Shown here: one piece after another, positions 12,174-21,696 of the stretch
Position numbering within the stretch: position 1 is the stretch's first letter
How the letters are laid out: every line of letters starts with the position of its first letter
DNA from: an uncultured Verrucomicrobiae bacterium
Lineage (GTDB): Bacteria > Verrucomicrobiota > Verrucomicrobiia > Opitutales > JABDGR01
Reading direction: 5' to 3'
Length of the DNA stretch: 64,000 nt
Assembly (NCBI GenBank): GCA_963765205.1
Contig: CAVXVB010000007.1
Span: forward strand, 1-64,000
The notes under the pieces: generated by a model
The model's database searches: none
Seen by the model: only the letters and a program-made list of their open reading frames with translations
Told to the model about the DNA's origin: nothing
Made by a program: the position numbers and the translations under genes

Positions 12174-12350
12174 ACGTGATTTTTAAATTCCGTTTCACCG
12201 CGAAGACGCCAAGGACGCGAAGAATGAGTTTTGTTCACCCAGACATAAAGAGTCGGGAGTGATTCTGTAAATTCTGTAAAAAAATCTTCCTTTGCGCTCT
12301 TGGCGGCTTTGCAGTGAATTCTCCTAGGGGTAAAATACCACCCCCTTCCC

Positions 12351-13850
12351 GTGCCCTTCCTCGAATTCCGCCAGATTACGAAACGTTTTCCCGGCGTCCT
12401 CGCGCTGGACGGCGTCAGCGTCGCCATCGAGCGCGGCGCCTGCCACGCCCTGGTCGGCGAAAACGGCGCGGGCAAAAGCACCCTCGGCAAAATCCTCGCC
12501 GGCGTTTACCAGCCCGATGGCGGCGAACTGCTTCTCGATGGCAAGGTCGTCCGCCCCGCCTCGCCCCGCGCCGCGCGCGACCTCGGCATCGCGATGGTCC
12601 ACCAGGAACTTGCTTTTTGCCCCAACCTAACGGTCGCGGAAAACCTCTGTCTCGGCGACCTACCGCGCAACCGCCTCGGTTGGGTCAACCGCCGCGAATT
12701 GCGCGAGCGCGCCCGCGCCCTCCTCGCTGAAATCGGCGCGGATCTCGACCCCGCCGCCATCATCGGCACCCTCTCGACCGGCCGCGAGCAACTCGTCCAA
12801 ATCGCCGCCGCCGTCGGCACCGGCGCCCGGGTCATCATCATGGACGAGCCGACCAGCTCGCTCTCCCTCGGCGAAACGCGCGAGCTTTTCCGCCTCATCC
12901 GCGCGCTTAAGGCTCGCGGCCTCACCCTCATCTACGTCTCCCACCGGCTGGAGGAAATTTTTGACCTCTGCGATGCGGTCACCGTCCTGCGCGACGGCCA
13001 TCACATCGCCACCGACACCATCGCCGCCACCAACCCGCACCGCCTCGTCCAGCAAATGATCGGCCGCGAACTCCTATCGCGCGAACCCGCCCACCTCCTG
13101 CGTCCTCCCGGCGGCGAACTCCTTAAAGTCGAGAACCTGGCCTCACCCGGCCAATTCAGCGGCGTGAATTTTTCCGTCCGCGCCGGCGAAATCGTCGGCC
13201 TCGCCGGCCTCGTGGGCGCGGGCCGCAGCGAAGTCGCCCAAGCCATTTTCGGCCTCGACTCCGCCGCGACCGGCCAGCTTTCGCTCCATGGGCGCCCTGC
13301 CCCCCTCGGCTCGATTCGCGCCGCGCTCGCCGCCCAATGCGGCCTGGTGCCCGAAGACCGCAAGCGCCAGGGTCTGGTCCTCTCGATGAATTGCCGCGAA
13401 AACACCTCGCTCGCCGCGCTCCCGATGTTGACGCGCTTGGGCTGGGTGCGCCGCCGCGCCGAGCGCGACCTCGCCACCCGCTACGCCCAGCGCCTCCGCG
13501 TCAAAACCCCCTCACTCGAAACCTCGATTGCGACGCTCAGTGGCGGCAACCAGCAAAAAATCGCTCTCGCCAAATGGATCGCCCGCGACTGTGACATCCT
13601 CATTGTGGACGAACCCACCCGCGGCATTGATGTCGGGGCCAAGGCCGAAATTTACCAGCTCCTCGACGAACTTGCCCTCGAAGGCAAAGCGATCCTTGTC
13701 ATATCCTCAGAACTCCCCGAACTTATCGGCCTGTGCGGCCGCATCCTCGTCATGCGCGGCGGCCGCCTCGCCGGCGAACTGCCCCGCGCCCAATTCAGCG
13801 AAGCCGCCCTGATGCGCCTCATGGCCGGCGTCGGCGAATCCGCGGCGTGA
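12351..13850 (+). CDS. Monosaccharide ABC transporter ATP-binding protein (RbsA/MglA type)
   Basis: GENGAGKSTL, IMDEPTSSL, LVPEDRKRQGL, LSGGNQQK and DEPTRGIDVGAKAEI. Confidence 0.94.
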   Translation: MPFLEFRQITKRFPGVLALDGVSVAIERGACHALVGENGAGKSTLGKILAGVYQPDGGELLLDGKVVRPASPRAARDLGIAMVHQELAFCPNLTVAENLCLGDLPRNRLGWVNRRELRERARALLAEIGADLDPAAIIGTLSTGREQLVQIAAAVGTGARVIIMDEPTSSLSLGETRELFRLIRALKARGLTLIYVSHRLEEIFDLCDAVTVLRDGHHIATDTIAATNPHRLVQQMIGRELLSREPAHLLRPPGGELLKVENLASPGQFSGVNFSVRAGEIVGLAGLVGAGRSEVAQAIFGLDSAATGQLSLHGRPAPLGSIRAALAAQCGLVPEDRKRQGLVLSMNCRENTSLAALPMLTRLGWVRRRAERDLATRYAQRLRVKTPSLETSIATLSGGNQQKIALAKWIARDCDILIVDEPTRGIDVGAKAEIYQLLDELALEGKAILVISSELPELIGLCGRILVMRGGRLAGELPRAQFSEAALMRLMAGVGESAA

Positions 13851-13862
13851 CTGGCTTTGTGA

Positions 13863-14861
13863 TTAGCGACCCCGCAGCGCGTGGGCTTGATGATTGCCGT
13901 TGCGGGCGGGCGCGCCGGGCAAGTTAAAATTGCCCACGGCCACGGTTTTTTTATCGCCATAAAGCCGGTTGACCCGCGGGTAGTCCGCCATCAGGTTGGC
14001 GCAAATTTTTTGCTGCGTCGGACTGAAAACCGCGCGCCATTCCTCTAATTCTCCTTTGCGGTAGAGGGTATGCCGGTCTTTGGGCACCTCCATGGAAATA
14101 TAGGCATCCGCGGCAATTTGATAAAAGTTCAGGATCCGACCAACCACGGTTTGGACGTTTTCGCGCAAATCCTGGTATTGGGTCACAAGGACGGCCGGGC
14201 TTTCGCCAGATTCGGCATGGCACAACCATCGCTCAATCCATTCCAGCATGTTCGGCAGCAAGTTCGCCAAATGCCAGTCAATCGCCCCAGATAAACTGCC
14301 TTGAAATAAGTCGGCCGGCGGGGCCGGGGTGATCCAGGTCGGAAAGTGTGCATCCACCTCTTTCAAGCCGCGGATCATGTAATGCACCATCGAAAGCAGC
14401 GCCTGGCGCGGATCTCGCAAATGCAAGACGATTCGCGGACAATCACTCTTCAACAACTGCAGATTGCTGGGGTTGAGGTCAATATGGGCGCGGGAGACGG
14501 TGTGGCCCGCGGCACATTCGCGAAACTTGCGATGATCCAAAAGATCCAAGGGGAAATACCCATAAGAGGTTTCCTTCCATGGGATGTTTAATCCTTGGCG
14601 CAAAGTCTCTGCCAGATAAGTGCTGGCGGATTTGGGTAGCGCCACCACCATGATAAAGGGCAGGGCATAGTCGGAAGCGTAGCCCCGCAGCTTTTCCTGC
14701 AAGGCCTCCATGCGTTTTTGGGACTTTTGCAATTCTGCCTGAGTGGCGCCTAATTCAGCCTGGGTGACGGCCAATTGCGCCTTCAATGCGTTGCGATGGC
14801 GGATGGTGTCATTCACTCCACCCGAAAGCAGCCAAAGCAGGTCTTTGCATACGTTGCTCAT
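13863..14861 (-). CDS. PAPS-dependent sulfotransferase-domain protein with N-terminal coiled coil
   Basis: 5'-PSB-like LPKSASTYL, 3'-PB-like LHLRDPRQALLS and C-terminal YRKGELEEWR. Visibly lower GC than its neighbours. Confidence 0.78.
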   Translation of the reverse strand: MSNVCKDLLWLLSGGVNDTIRHRNALKAQLAVTQAELGATQAELQKSQKRMEALQEKLRGYASDYALPFIMVVALPKSASTYLAETLRQGLNIPWKETSYGYFPLDLLDHRKFRECAAGHTVSRAHIDLNPSNLQLLKSDCPRIVLHLRDPRQALLSMVHYMIRGLKEVDAHFPTWITPAPPADLFQGSLSGAIDWHLANLLPNMLEWIERWLCHAESGESPAVLVTQYQDLRENVQTVVGRILNFYQIAADAYISMEVPKDRHTLYRKGELEEWRAVFSPTQQKICANLMADYPRVNRLYGDKKTVAVGNFNLPGAPARNGNHQAHALRGR

Positions 14862-15124
14862 AAGTGAGGAGGGTATTATCCTTCAACGCCCTGCAAACGG
14901 TTCATGAAGGGGATTTGATGGCGGGCCTGGCCGGGCATTCTTGACATTTAAGAAAAGATGGGGGTATTTCGAGAGAGTGGTATAATAGATAACGTCTTCT
15001 AACGTCCTGTAAAAGATTAAAGTTTCATTACGGTAACGAAATCTTTATGCTATACCCAAAAATTGGGTTTTTCACCGCGTCGCCGTTGCAACCTCCCTTC
15101 ATAAAATCAAGCTACGCCAAGCCG

Positions 15125-15955
15125 TCACTGCATAACCGGCTCACCACTACCGGCCGGGGTCGGCCCGCTCGCCGCCCCGGTGCCGCTCGTGCCCGCTGGA
15201 ACAGCCTTTGATGGCGGAATGCTTGGGCTTGGCGGCGTTACGGAGCTTTTGCCCCCCGTCGGGCGGCCGGCCTGGTCCAAGTCCGCGATCATCTGCTGCA
15301 AAAACACCGTCGCCGCGGCGCGCTCCGCGTCGTCCAGCTTGCCGTCGCCGCTTTTGTCGAAATGGCTAACGATGTCGCGGCGGAGCGCATCCAAATCGTT
15401 CGCGGAGTTTGGGGTCGTCGTGGCGTTGGCAAAGAGGAATTGGTGGATTTTGGCCAGCGCCGCATCGTCGAAAACCCCGTCGCCGTTCGCGTCGAAACGG
15501 TTGAGCAGCGGCCGCAGACCAAATAGTGGACCCTTGGCGGCTTGGGCGGCTTGGGCCGGTGTCAGCGGGCGGACGTTCGTACTACCGCTCAACACCTTGC
15601 GCGCCTCGGTCAATTCGGCCGCGTCGAGTTTGCCGTCGCCGTTTTTATCAAAACGCTGCAGGAGCATCGCGCGCAGTTTCGCAATCCCATCATCAGTCGC
15701 GGGTGCGCCGGCCTGGCCCGGTGTCGTCGTCGCCGACCCCGCGGCATTGGGCTCGGGCTTCGGCCCAAAGGGATTGGCGGGCGTTCCCTCGACATTCGCC
15801 GCCGGAATGCTGGCGCTGGCCGCCAGCTTTGCGCCGAAGGGATTGCCTGGCGCATCGCCCGTGGTAGCCCCCGTCGCCAGGGTGAAGGAGACGACTGACG
15901 CCCATAAAATCGTTGCCGCGCGCCCGGCTGGTATTAGAACTGCTCTGATATTCAT
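15125..15955 (-). CDS. Exported EF-hand calcium-binding protein
   Basis: Three EF-hand loops (FDKNGDGKLDAAE, FDANGDGVFDDAA, FDKSGDGKLDDAE), a hydrophobic N-terminus and Pro/Ala linkers. Confidence 0.75.
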   Translation of the reverse strand: MNIRAVLIPAGRAATILWASVVSFTLATGATTGDAPGNPFGAKLAASASIPAANVEGTPANPFGPKPEPNAAGSATTTPGQAGAPATDDGIAKLRAMLLQRFDKNGDGKLDAAELTEARKVLSGSTNVRPLTPAQAAQAAKGPLFGLRPLLNRFDANGDGVFDDAALAKIHQFLFANATTTPNSANDLDALRRDIVSHFDKSGDGKLDDAERAAATVFLQQMIADLDQAGRPTGGKSSVTPPSPSIPPSKAVPAGTSGTGAASGPTPAGSGEPVMQ

Positions 15956-16293
15956 GGAGATGCATAAGTTGGCCAAGCCCGCCCCCCTCGCCTTTTGCGG
16001 CCCGGAGATAAACCCTGACATTTATGACCCAGCCTGTGTATATTATACCCGACAAACGCCCGGAAGGAAAGTTGCCATTGCAACTTCCGGCGGGTCGGTT
16101 CGTCTCTCTTCGTTCCCATCACCAACCTTCCGCCTCCCGCGATCGAAATTCCGCCCACCCAGCACGAGAAAACTAAGAACCAGAAAACCAGAAACTAAAA
16201 ACGAGAACCCTTTCGGGAAACTTCCGCCCCTTCGCCCTTCTGCGTTCCGGATTTTTCCATTTTCCCTCTTCCTTTTTCCATTCTTTACTTGCC

Positions 16294-16641
16294 GTGTATC
16301 AACTCAATTTCAGCGACCAAGCCCTAGCCGAATTAAAAAAACTCCCCAAGCCCGCCCAACTCGAATTGATGGACGCCATGGGCGGCATTCACCCGGATGA
16401 ACTCGCGAGCGGCGCCGAACACATGGGCCGTTTCACCCGCGACGGCAAAACCTTCTACCGCCTCCGCGCCGGCGACTTTCGCCTCTATTTTGAAGTCAAC
16501 GGCGAAATTCTCTACATGCACTACATTCTCCACCAGCACACCCTCGCCGATTTCGTTTTTCGCTTCAAACTCCCCCTGACCGAAGAAACCCTCATCGAGC
16601 AACACCCGTCCTTTTGGAAGTTTCTGGGGTTGAAAAAGTAG
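16294..16641 (+). CDS. RelE/ParE-superfamily protein with no adjacent antitoxin
   Basis: YQLNFSDQALAELKKL at the N-terminus and FYRLRAGDFRLYFEV. Confidence 0.7.
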   Translation: MYQLNFSDQALAELKKLPKPAQLELMDAMGGIHPDELASGAEHMGRFTRDGKTFYRLRAGDFRLYFEVNGEILYMHYILHQHTLADFVFRFKLPLTEETLIEQHPSFWKFLGLKK

Positions 16642-16657
16642 GCCCTCCCAGCCGCGC

Positions 16658-18289
16658 TCAACGGCCCGCCGCCTGCATTTGCTTGATGGTTTTCAGGAGG
16701 GCTGCGCGCTTGTCGGCGGGCAGATTGGTGGATTGCAGCGCTTTCAGCGCCCCGCCGGGATCACCGTTGGCCCAATTGGTGATTATTTGCTGAATCTGGT
16801 CCACGCGGGTCGCCGGCGCGGCGATCGTGTTCGCCCATTGGAGCAACCCCGGATCCACGGCTGCTTGCGCCGTCGGTTCCCACGGCGATTTCGCCGCAAT
16901 CAATGCCACCACTGCCCCGTCGCGCGGCGGCCCGACGGGCAGAGTGTTCATCCAGATGGAGGCCGCCTGCGGGTCGAGTTTAACCCACGTCGTGGCTAGC
17001 GTCTGCGTCGCGGTCTCCAACGCCGGCCCGGCAGAAAATTGGCTGAGCAAATCCGCCGCTTGCGCCGGATTCATGTTGGCCTGCACACCCACCAGGCTGG
17101 TCAGGGCGGAGTCCCGGCTCGCGCTCTCGGGCAAATTCTGCGCATCGCTCCATGCCGAGGGAAAATCCGTCGCGGCCAGCGTGGTCAAGACATTGTTCAT
17201 CGCCTGGTCCCGCGTCGCGCCCGCCGGCAAACTTTGCGCGAAGGCCAGCGCCGTTGGCGCATCCCCCTGCGCCAAATCCTGGGCCAGGGCGGGCGCATCC
17301 GGCAGAAAGAGCGCCGGGTTGCCGCTGTTTTGCACGAAGGCGAGCACCGCCACCGGGTCGTCCTTCGCCCAACTGCCGACGATGTTGTTCAACGCAGCGG
17401 TGCGGGCGGTGCTGTCGGCATCGGGCAGATTCGCGGCCCAAGCCACGGCTGCCTGCGGGTCGGATTTTCCCCAGCCGCCGGCCATGGCGGTAATCGCCGT
17501 TGCGCGCTGCGCCGGGTCGGTGAGGTTGCCGAGCAAAGCGATGGCCGCATTGAGGTTGGAATGGCCCGGAGACCCCAAAACCGAAAAGCCATCATCCGTT
17601 CTCGCTTCATCTCCTGACGAAGAAAGGTTGCTGAAAATTTCCGCCAAGGTCTTCGTATAGACATCAAGCGTGGCCACTTGATTGAGCCAAGCCAGCGCCT
17701 GCGCGGGGTCGCTTCGGGCCAGGGCCAGCGTCAGATTTTTCATTTCCCCATCGCGGACGTTTGTATTAGCCAATTTATCCAAATATTGCGCCGCCACCTT
17801 GGCCGTTTCACTGTTCATACCGTAGCTCACAACCGCTCTGAACAGCAACATCGCGTCATCGTGAGGCAGACTGACCAAAAAATCCATGGCTGCCTGCGGA
17901 TCACTTTTAGCGTAATATCGCATCATGTCCATCATCACATTGTTACGAACGTCCCCTGGCGGCATATCCATCGCCAACTTGACGGCTTCGGCAGGGTCCA
18001 AGCCTTTCAACAAATCCTCGCAATCGTCAATGGCATCCCAACTAAATGGCGGGGTGCCCAAAGCCGCCAGTTTCCGTTTGATTTCGTCCACCGAAAGGCG
18101 CGGTTGGCCGCCTTGCCCCGGGGAATTTCCCTTCGTCGCTGACAGCGTGGAGTTCTTGTCCACCTGCTCCACTTTCGCATACGCGTCATCCAGGCCCTGC
18201 GTCTGCCAGCGACCCAGATAATACGACGACCCCACCGCCGCCCCGGCCAGCGCGGTGTAGAAAAACAAGCTGCGCCAGGAGGTTATCAT
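16658..18289 (-). CDS. Membrane-anchored alpha-helical W-x3-DP repeat protein (paralog 1, 543 aa)
   Basis: N-terminal hydrophobic anchor and about 30-aa repeats (WGKSDPQAAVAWAANLP, WAKDDPVA, WVKLDPQAASIWMNTLP). Its ATG overlaps the upstream TGA as ATGA at 18286-18289. Confidence 0.75.
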   Translation of the reverse strand: MITSWRSLFFYTALAGAAVGSSYYLGRWQTQGLDDAYAKVEQVDKNSTLSATKGNSPGQGGQPRLSVDEIKRKLAALGTPPFSWDAIDDCEDLLKGLDPAEAVKLAMDMPPGDVRNNVMMDMMRYYAKSDPQAAMDFLVSLPHDDAMLLFRAVVSYGMNSETAKVAAQYLDKLANTNVRDGEMKNLTLALARSDPAQALAWLNQVATLDVYTKTLAEIFSNLSSSGDEARTDDGFSVLGSPGHSNLNAAIALLGNLTDPAQRATAITAMAGGWGKSDPQAAVAWAANLPDADSTARTAALNNIVGSWAKDDPVAVLAFVQNSGNPALFLPDAPALAQDLAQGDAPTALAFAQSLPAGATRDQAMNNVLTTLAATDFPSAWSDAQNLPESASRDSALTSLVGVQANMNPAQAADLLSQFSAGPALETATQTLATTWVKLDPQAASIWMNTLPVGPPRDGAVVALIAAKSPWEPTAQAAVDPGLLQWANTIAAPATRVDQIQQIITNWANGDPGGALKALQSTNLPADKRAALLKTIKQMQAAGR

Positions 18290-20115
18290 TCGAAAGGGGA
18301 ATTTGATATTGGGGGAGGACCGCTGGCTTGTGAAAGCAGCACCAAAAGGCTGGCCCGCTGGCTGTCGGACAAATTCGCGGTCTGCGCGGCGGCATCCGCC
18401 GCGGGCAAATCGGTTTTTGCCCACTGCACCAGCGCGGTTTGAACTTGCGCGGCCCGCTGGGTCGGGTCGTCCATCGTGTTGGCCAACGCGTAGGCGGCGG
18501 AGGGATTCTGCTTGTCCTGCGCGTCCACGTAGGCCGTCACCGCGGCATCCCGCACGCTTCCGGCCGGTTGCGTGTTGATCCAGGCGGTCAAGGCCGCCGG
18601 ATCCTGCTTCACCCAATTAGTGGCGATGGAACTTGCGGCGCTGACCGCCGCGTCATCGCTGCCGAGTTGCCCCAGCATGGTCGCCGCCTGCGCGGGGTTC
18701 GTGGCGCTCAACACGGAGACCACGCTTTCCATCGAATTATCGCGCGCCGGGCCGGCGGGCAGGCTGGTGGCATCGGCCCAGGCGCTGTTAAAATCCGTCG
18801 CCGCCAAGGTTGTCACAACACTGCTCAGCGCGCCATCTTGCGCAGAGCCGGCGGGCAAATTGGTGGCGTAGTTCCACGCGCCGTTCGCATTCGTCGCCGT
18901 CAGGGTCGCCAACACGCTGTCCTGCGCCTGCGTCTTCGCCGGGCTGTCGGGAAATCCGCTGACCCAATTCAGCGCCGCCTGCGGGTCGGTTTTGGCCATC
19001 GCCGGCGCCAGGATGGGCGCCTCCGCGAGGAAAACCGCCGGGTTGGAGGCGCCCGAGACATAGGCTGTCGCTTCTTGTAAATTTTGGTTCGCCCACGTGG
19101 TCAGCATCGAATTGATGCCGGCCGTTCGCGCGAACGCATCCGCGTCCGGCAAGGTTTGCAGCCAGTCGAGCGTGGCCTGCATAGGCGCTTTGCCCACCCC
19201 ATGCGTCAAATCCCAAATCATCGAACTGCGGTCGGTGGGATCCGTCACTTTGTCCAGCAACGCCATACTCTGGGCCGGATCGGTTTGCATGAGATTAAAG
19301 AAGATAAAGTCCACGGTGTCGTCGTAAGCCTTCCCCGTGGCCACTTGATTGAGCCAGTCGAGCGCCGCCGCCGGGTCGGACGGATTGATGGTATTCGTGT
19401 CTGTGAAATCATCCGTGTAGCCCCACGCCCCGGCAATATGTCCTATCGCCTCATTGCGGTCGGAGGCATTTGTCAGGTCGTTAATATATTGCGCGGCCAG
19501 CGTCGCGTTGGTGTCCCAGATCCTCATCATCGCTTCCTTGAGCACTGCGCCGTCCGTCGTTGGCAGGCTGCTGGCCCAAGCCAGGGCCGCCGGCGCATCC
19601 GCCCTGGCCCAACCGTCGGCGATGCCCAGCATTGCCGCCGTTCGCTCCGGCCCGGCGAGCAGTGTCTCGGCCAGCGCGACAGTCTTGGCCGAGTCCTCCG
19701 CGCTGGGTTTCGCATCCGGATCATCAATCGAATTTTCAAACAACTCGTTAAAGGCGTCGCGGTAGGCGGCATTGGTTTCCGCGCCGTGGGGCAGTTTGGC
19801 CAGCTCGAGCAGCGCCTGTTGCGGGTCGGTCTTGAGCAACCGGCCAATGGCAATTTTGCCGATATAATAGTGGCCATCGGAATCCACGGAAAGCAAGACA
19901 TTGCCAATTTTATGGGTGATGAGGTCCTTCGCCTTGCCGAAATACTTCGAGGCCTCCTCGAGTGCCGTCAGCTTCCGCATGGGTTTGGCGTGCGTCGCCG
20001 CCGCACTTTGTCCCAACGTCGCCAAGCCATGCGCCCGGCCCAGCAGGTAAGCCGTGACCATCGCCGCCCCGAGTAAGGTTGCGCGGATGAAAGGACTGCG
20101 AAAGGGTGCCTTCAT
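18286..20115 (-). CDS. Membrane-anchored alpha-helical W-x3-DP repeat protein (paralog 2, 609 aa)
   Basis: Anchor LLGAAMVTAYLLG, repeats WARADAPAALAWASSLP, KTDPQAALNWV and WVKQDPAALTAWINTQP, and cap ANLSDSQRASL. Confidence 0.75.
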   Translation of the reverse strand: MKAPFRSPFIRATLLGAAMVTAYLLGRAHGLATLGQSAAATHAKPMRKLTALEEASKYFGKAKDLITHKIGNVLLSVDSDGHYYIGKIAIGRLLKTDPQQALLELAKLPHGAETNAAYRDAFNELFENSIDDPDAKPSAEDSAKTVALAETLLAGPERTAAMLGIADGWARADAPAALAWASSLPTTDGAVLKEAMMRIWDTNATLAAQYINDLTNASDRNEAIGHIAGAWGYTDDFTDTNTINPSDPAAALDWLNQVATGKAYDDTVDFIFFNLMQTDPAQSMALLDKVTDPTDRSSMIWDLTHGVGKAPMQATLDWLQTLPDADAFARTAGINSMLTTWANQNLQEATAYVSGASNPAVFLAEAPILAPAMAKTDPQAALNWVSGFPDSPAKTQAQDSVLATLTATNANGAWNYATNLPAGSAQDGALSSVVTTLAATDFNSAWADATSLPAGPARDNSMESVVSVLSATNPAQAATMLGQLGSDDAAVSAASSIATNWVKQDPAALTAWINTQPAGSVRDAAVTAYVDAQDKQNPSAAYALANTMDDPTQRAAQVQTALVQWAKTDLPAADAAAQTANLSDSQRASLLVLLSQASGPPPISNSPFE

Positions 20116-20289
20116 CGAAAGGGTGCCTTCATCAGGAGCTATCATCCCCGCATCGCGCCAGGTTTGTAAATAACAATACCACCCCCCACCCCGCCTTGCA
20201 CCCCGGCGGCGATTGATTTACCCACCCGTCATCGCCCTGTCCCCGAATGACCCTCCGGTGGTGCTGGATCCGTTGAGGATGCCGCCCTG

Positions 20290-21426
20290 TCACTTCGCCG
20301 GTTGGTAGCCCTGCCACAACCATTCCAGAGCCCGCGGCAGCGTTTGCGCGACCACCTTGCCGTCAACATGGCCCGCGCCCAGCGCGTAGACGAACTGGTA
20401 GTGGTAGCCCTTCGCCTTCAGCACACCCGCCATGCGCTCGTTGGCGATCACCCAGTTGTGCAGGTCCGCGGCGGTGTTAACCGAGCCGAGGTCGTTTTCG
20501 CCGGTTTCCAGCCAGACGCGCAGGGGCTTCGCGGGGTTCTGGGGGATGAGGTGCTCGTGATATTCCCAGGCGCCGTGCGGCAGCGCGGGGTCTTTCGGCG
20601 TCTCGTTGTTCGTGTAGGTGCCGGAGTAGGTCAGCACACGGTGATACAGCTCGGGATGAAACCACGCCATGGTGAAGGCCGCCGCGCCGCCCGAGCTGCC
20701 GCCCATCGTGGCCCGGCCATCAGGATCCTTCGTGAACGTGACGCCGTAGTCCTTGGTCACGCGCGGCAGCACTTCCGCCTCGATGAACTCGGCATACTTG
20801 CCGGACGCCGTGTCATATTCCAGCCCGCGCTCGCTGCCGCGCGCGTCTCCGCCGCCGTTGGCCACCATCACCGCCACCATCGCCGGCAGCCGGTGGTCGG
20901 CAATCAGGTTGTCGAGGATCGTGGCAAGCTGGTTGTTGCCCGCGCCCATCGCATCCTGGGTGACCAACAACGGCGCCGGCGTGCCGGGCACATATTGGCT
21001 GGGGATGTAGACCGTCACCTCGCGCGTGGACTTCCAGTCGCGCAGGCCGGTGTTGGGATAAAATTTGCTGTCCGCCGCCTGCAACGTGAACTTCACCACC
21101 TTGCCTTTGGGCACGTCGGGGCGTAGCTTCTGCTCCGCGGCAGGAGCATAGGGCGGCTTCACTAGGTAATCGCCCTCACCCGCGCCGGGAGCCAGCGCGG
21201 GCAGGGAAGAGAGCTTGGCCATTTCCGCGAGGTCGGCCGGCGTGGCCGGCCCGCCGCGGTAATGCGGCACCAGATCCGCCGGGTCAACCGCGTCTGTCGT
21301 CGCGGCCTTGGCCGGGGCCGCAGGCGTGGCCACGGGCGCAGGTTCCGCGCCCAACATCGGTTGGGCGGCCGTGACCACGCCCAGCATCGCGACGGCCAAC
21401 GCTAGGGAGGTGTTTTTCGTCAACAT
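20290..21426 (-). CDS. Exported Fes/enterochelin-esterase-like alpha/beta hydrolase (CE1-like)
   Basis: Signal peptide, VYIPSQY, ERGLEYD, nucleophile elbow GGSSGG and GAGH. Confidence 0.82.
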   Translation of the reverse strand: MLTKNTSLALAVAMLGVVTAAQPMLGAEPAPVATPAAPAKAATTDAVDPADLVPHYRGGPATPADLAEMAKLSSLPALAPGAGEGDYLVKPPYAPAAEQKLRPDVPKGKVVKFTLQAADSKFYPNTGLRDWKSTREVTVYIPSQYVPGTPAPLLVTQDAMGAGNNQLATILDNLIADHRLPAMVAVMVANGGGDARGSERGLEYDTASGKYAEFIEAEVLPRVTKDYGVTFTKDPDGRATMGGSSGGAAAFTMAWFHPELYHRVLTYSGTYTNNETPKDPALPHGAWEYHEHLIPQNPAKPLRVWLETGENDLGSVNTAADLHNWVIANERMAGVLKAKGYHYQFVYALGAGHVDGKVVAQTLPRALEWLWQGYQPAK

Positions 21427-21696
21427 GGGATTTTGGGATGCGGGGTTAGGGTGCAAAAAGTGAAGGCCTATCCCGGCACTTAACCCCGTCCCCATAACCT
21501 GGCAATCCCCAAAAAAGCAGTTTCCCGCCATTACTACCCACCCATCCAAGGGTTTGACAGAAACCTGGTTTCCCTGTTTCCTGATAGACGTTCTATTCCT
21601 GCCATTCAGTCTGCTGGATCTTGCCCGCGGTATTGCTTTTTATCTCCCTATCTTTTGCCTCCCTTTTCTTAATTCTTACTTTTCCGTCTCCCGCCC

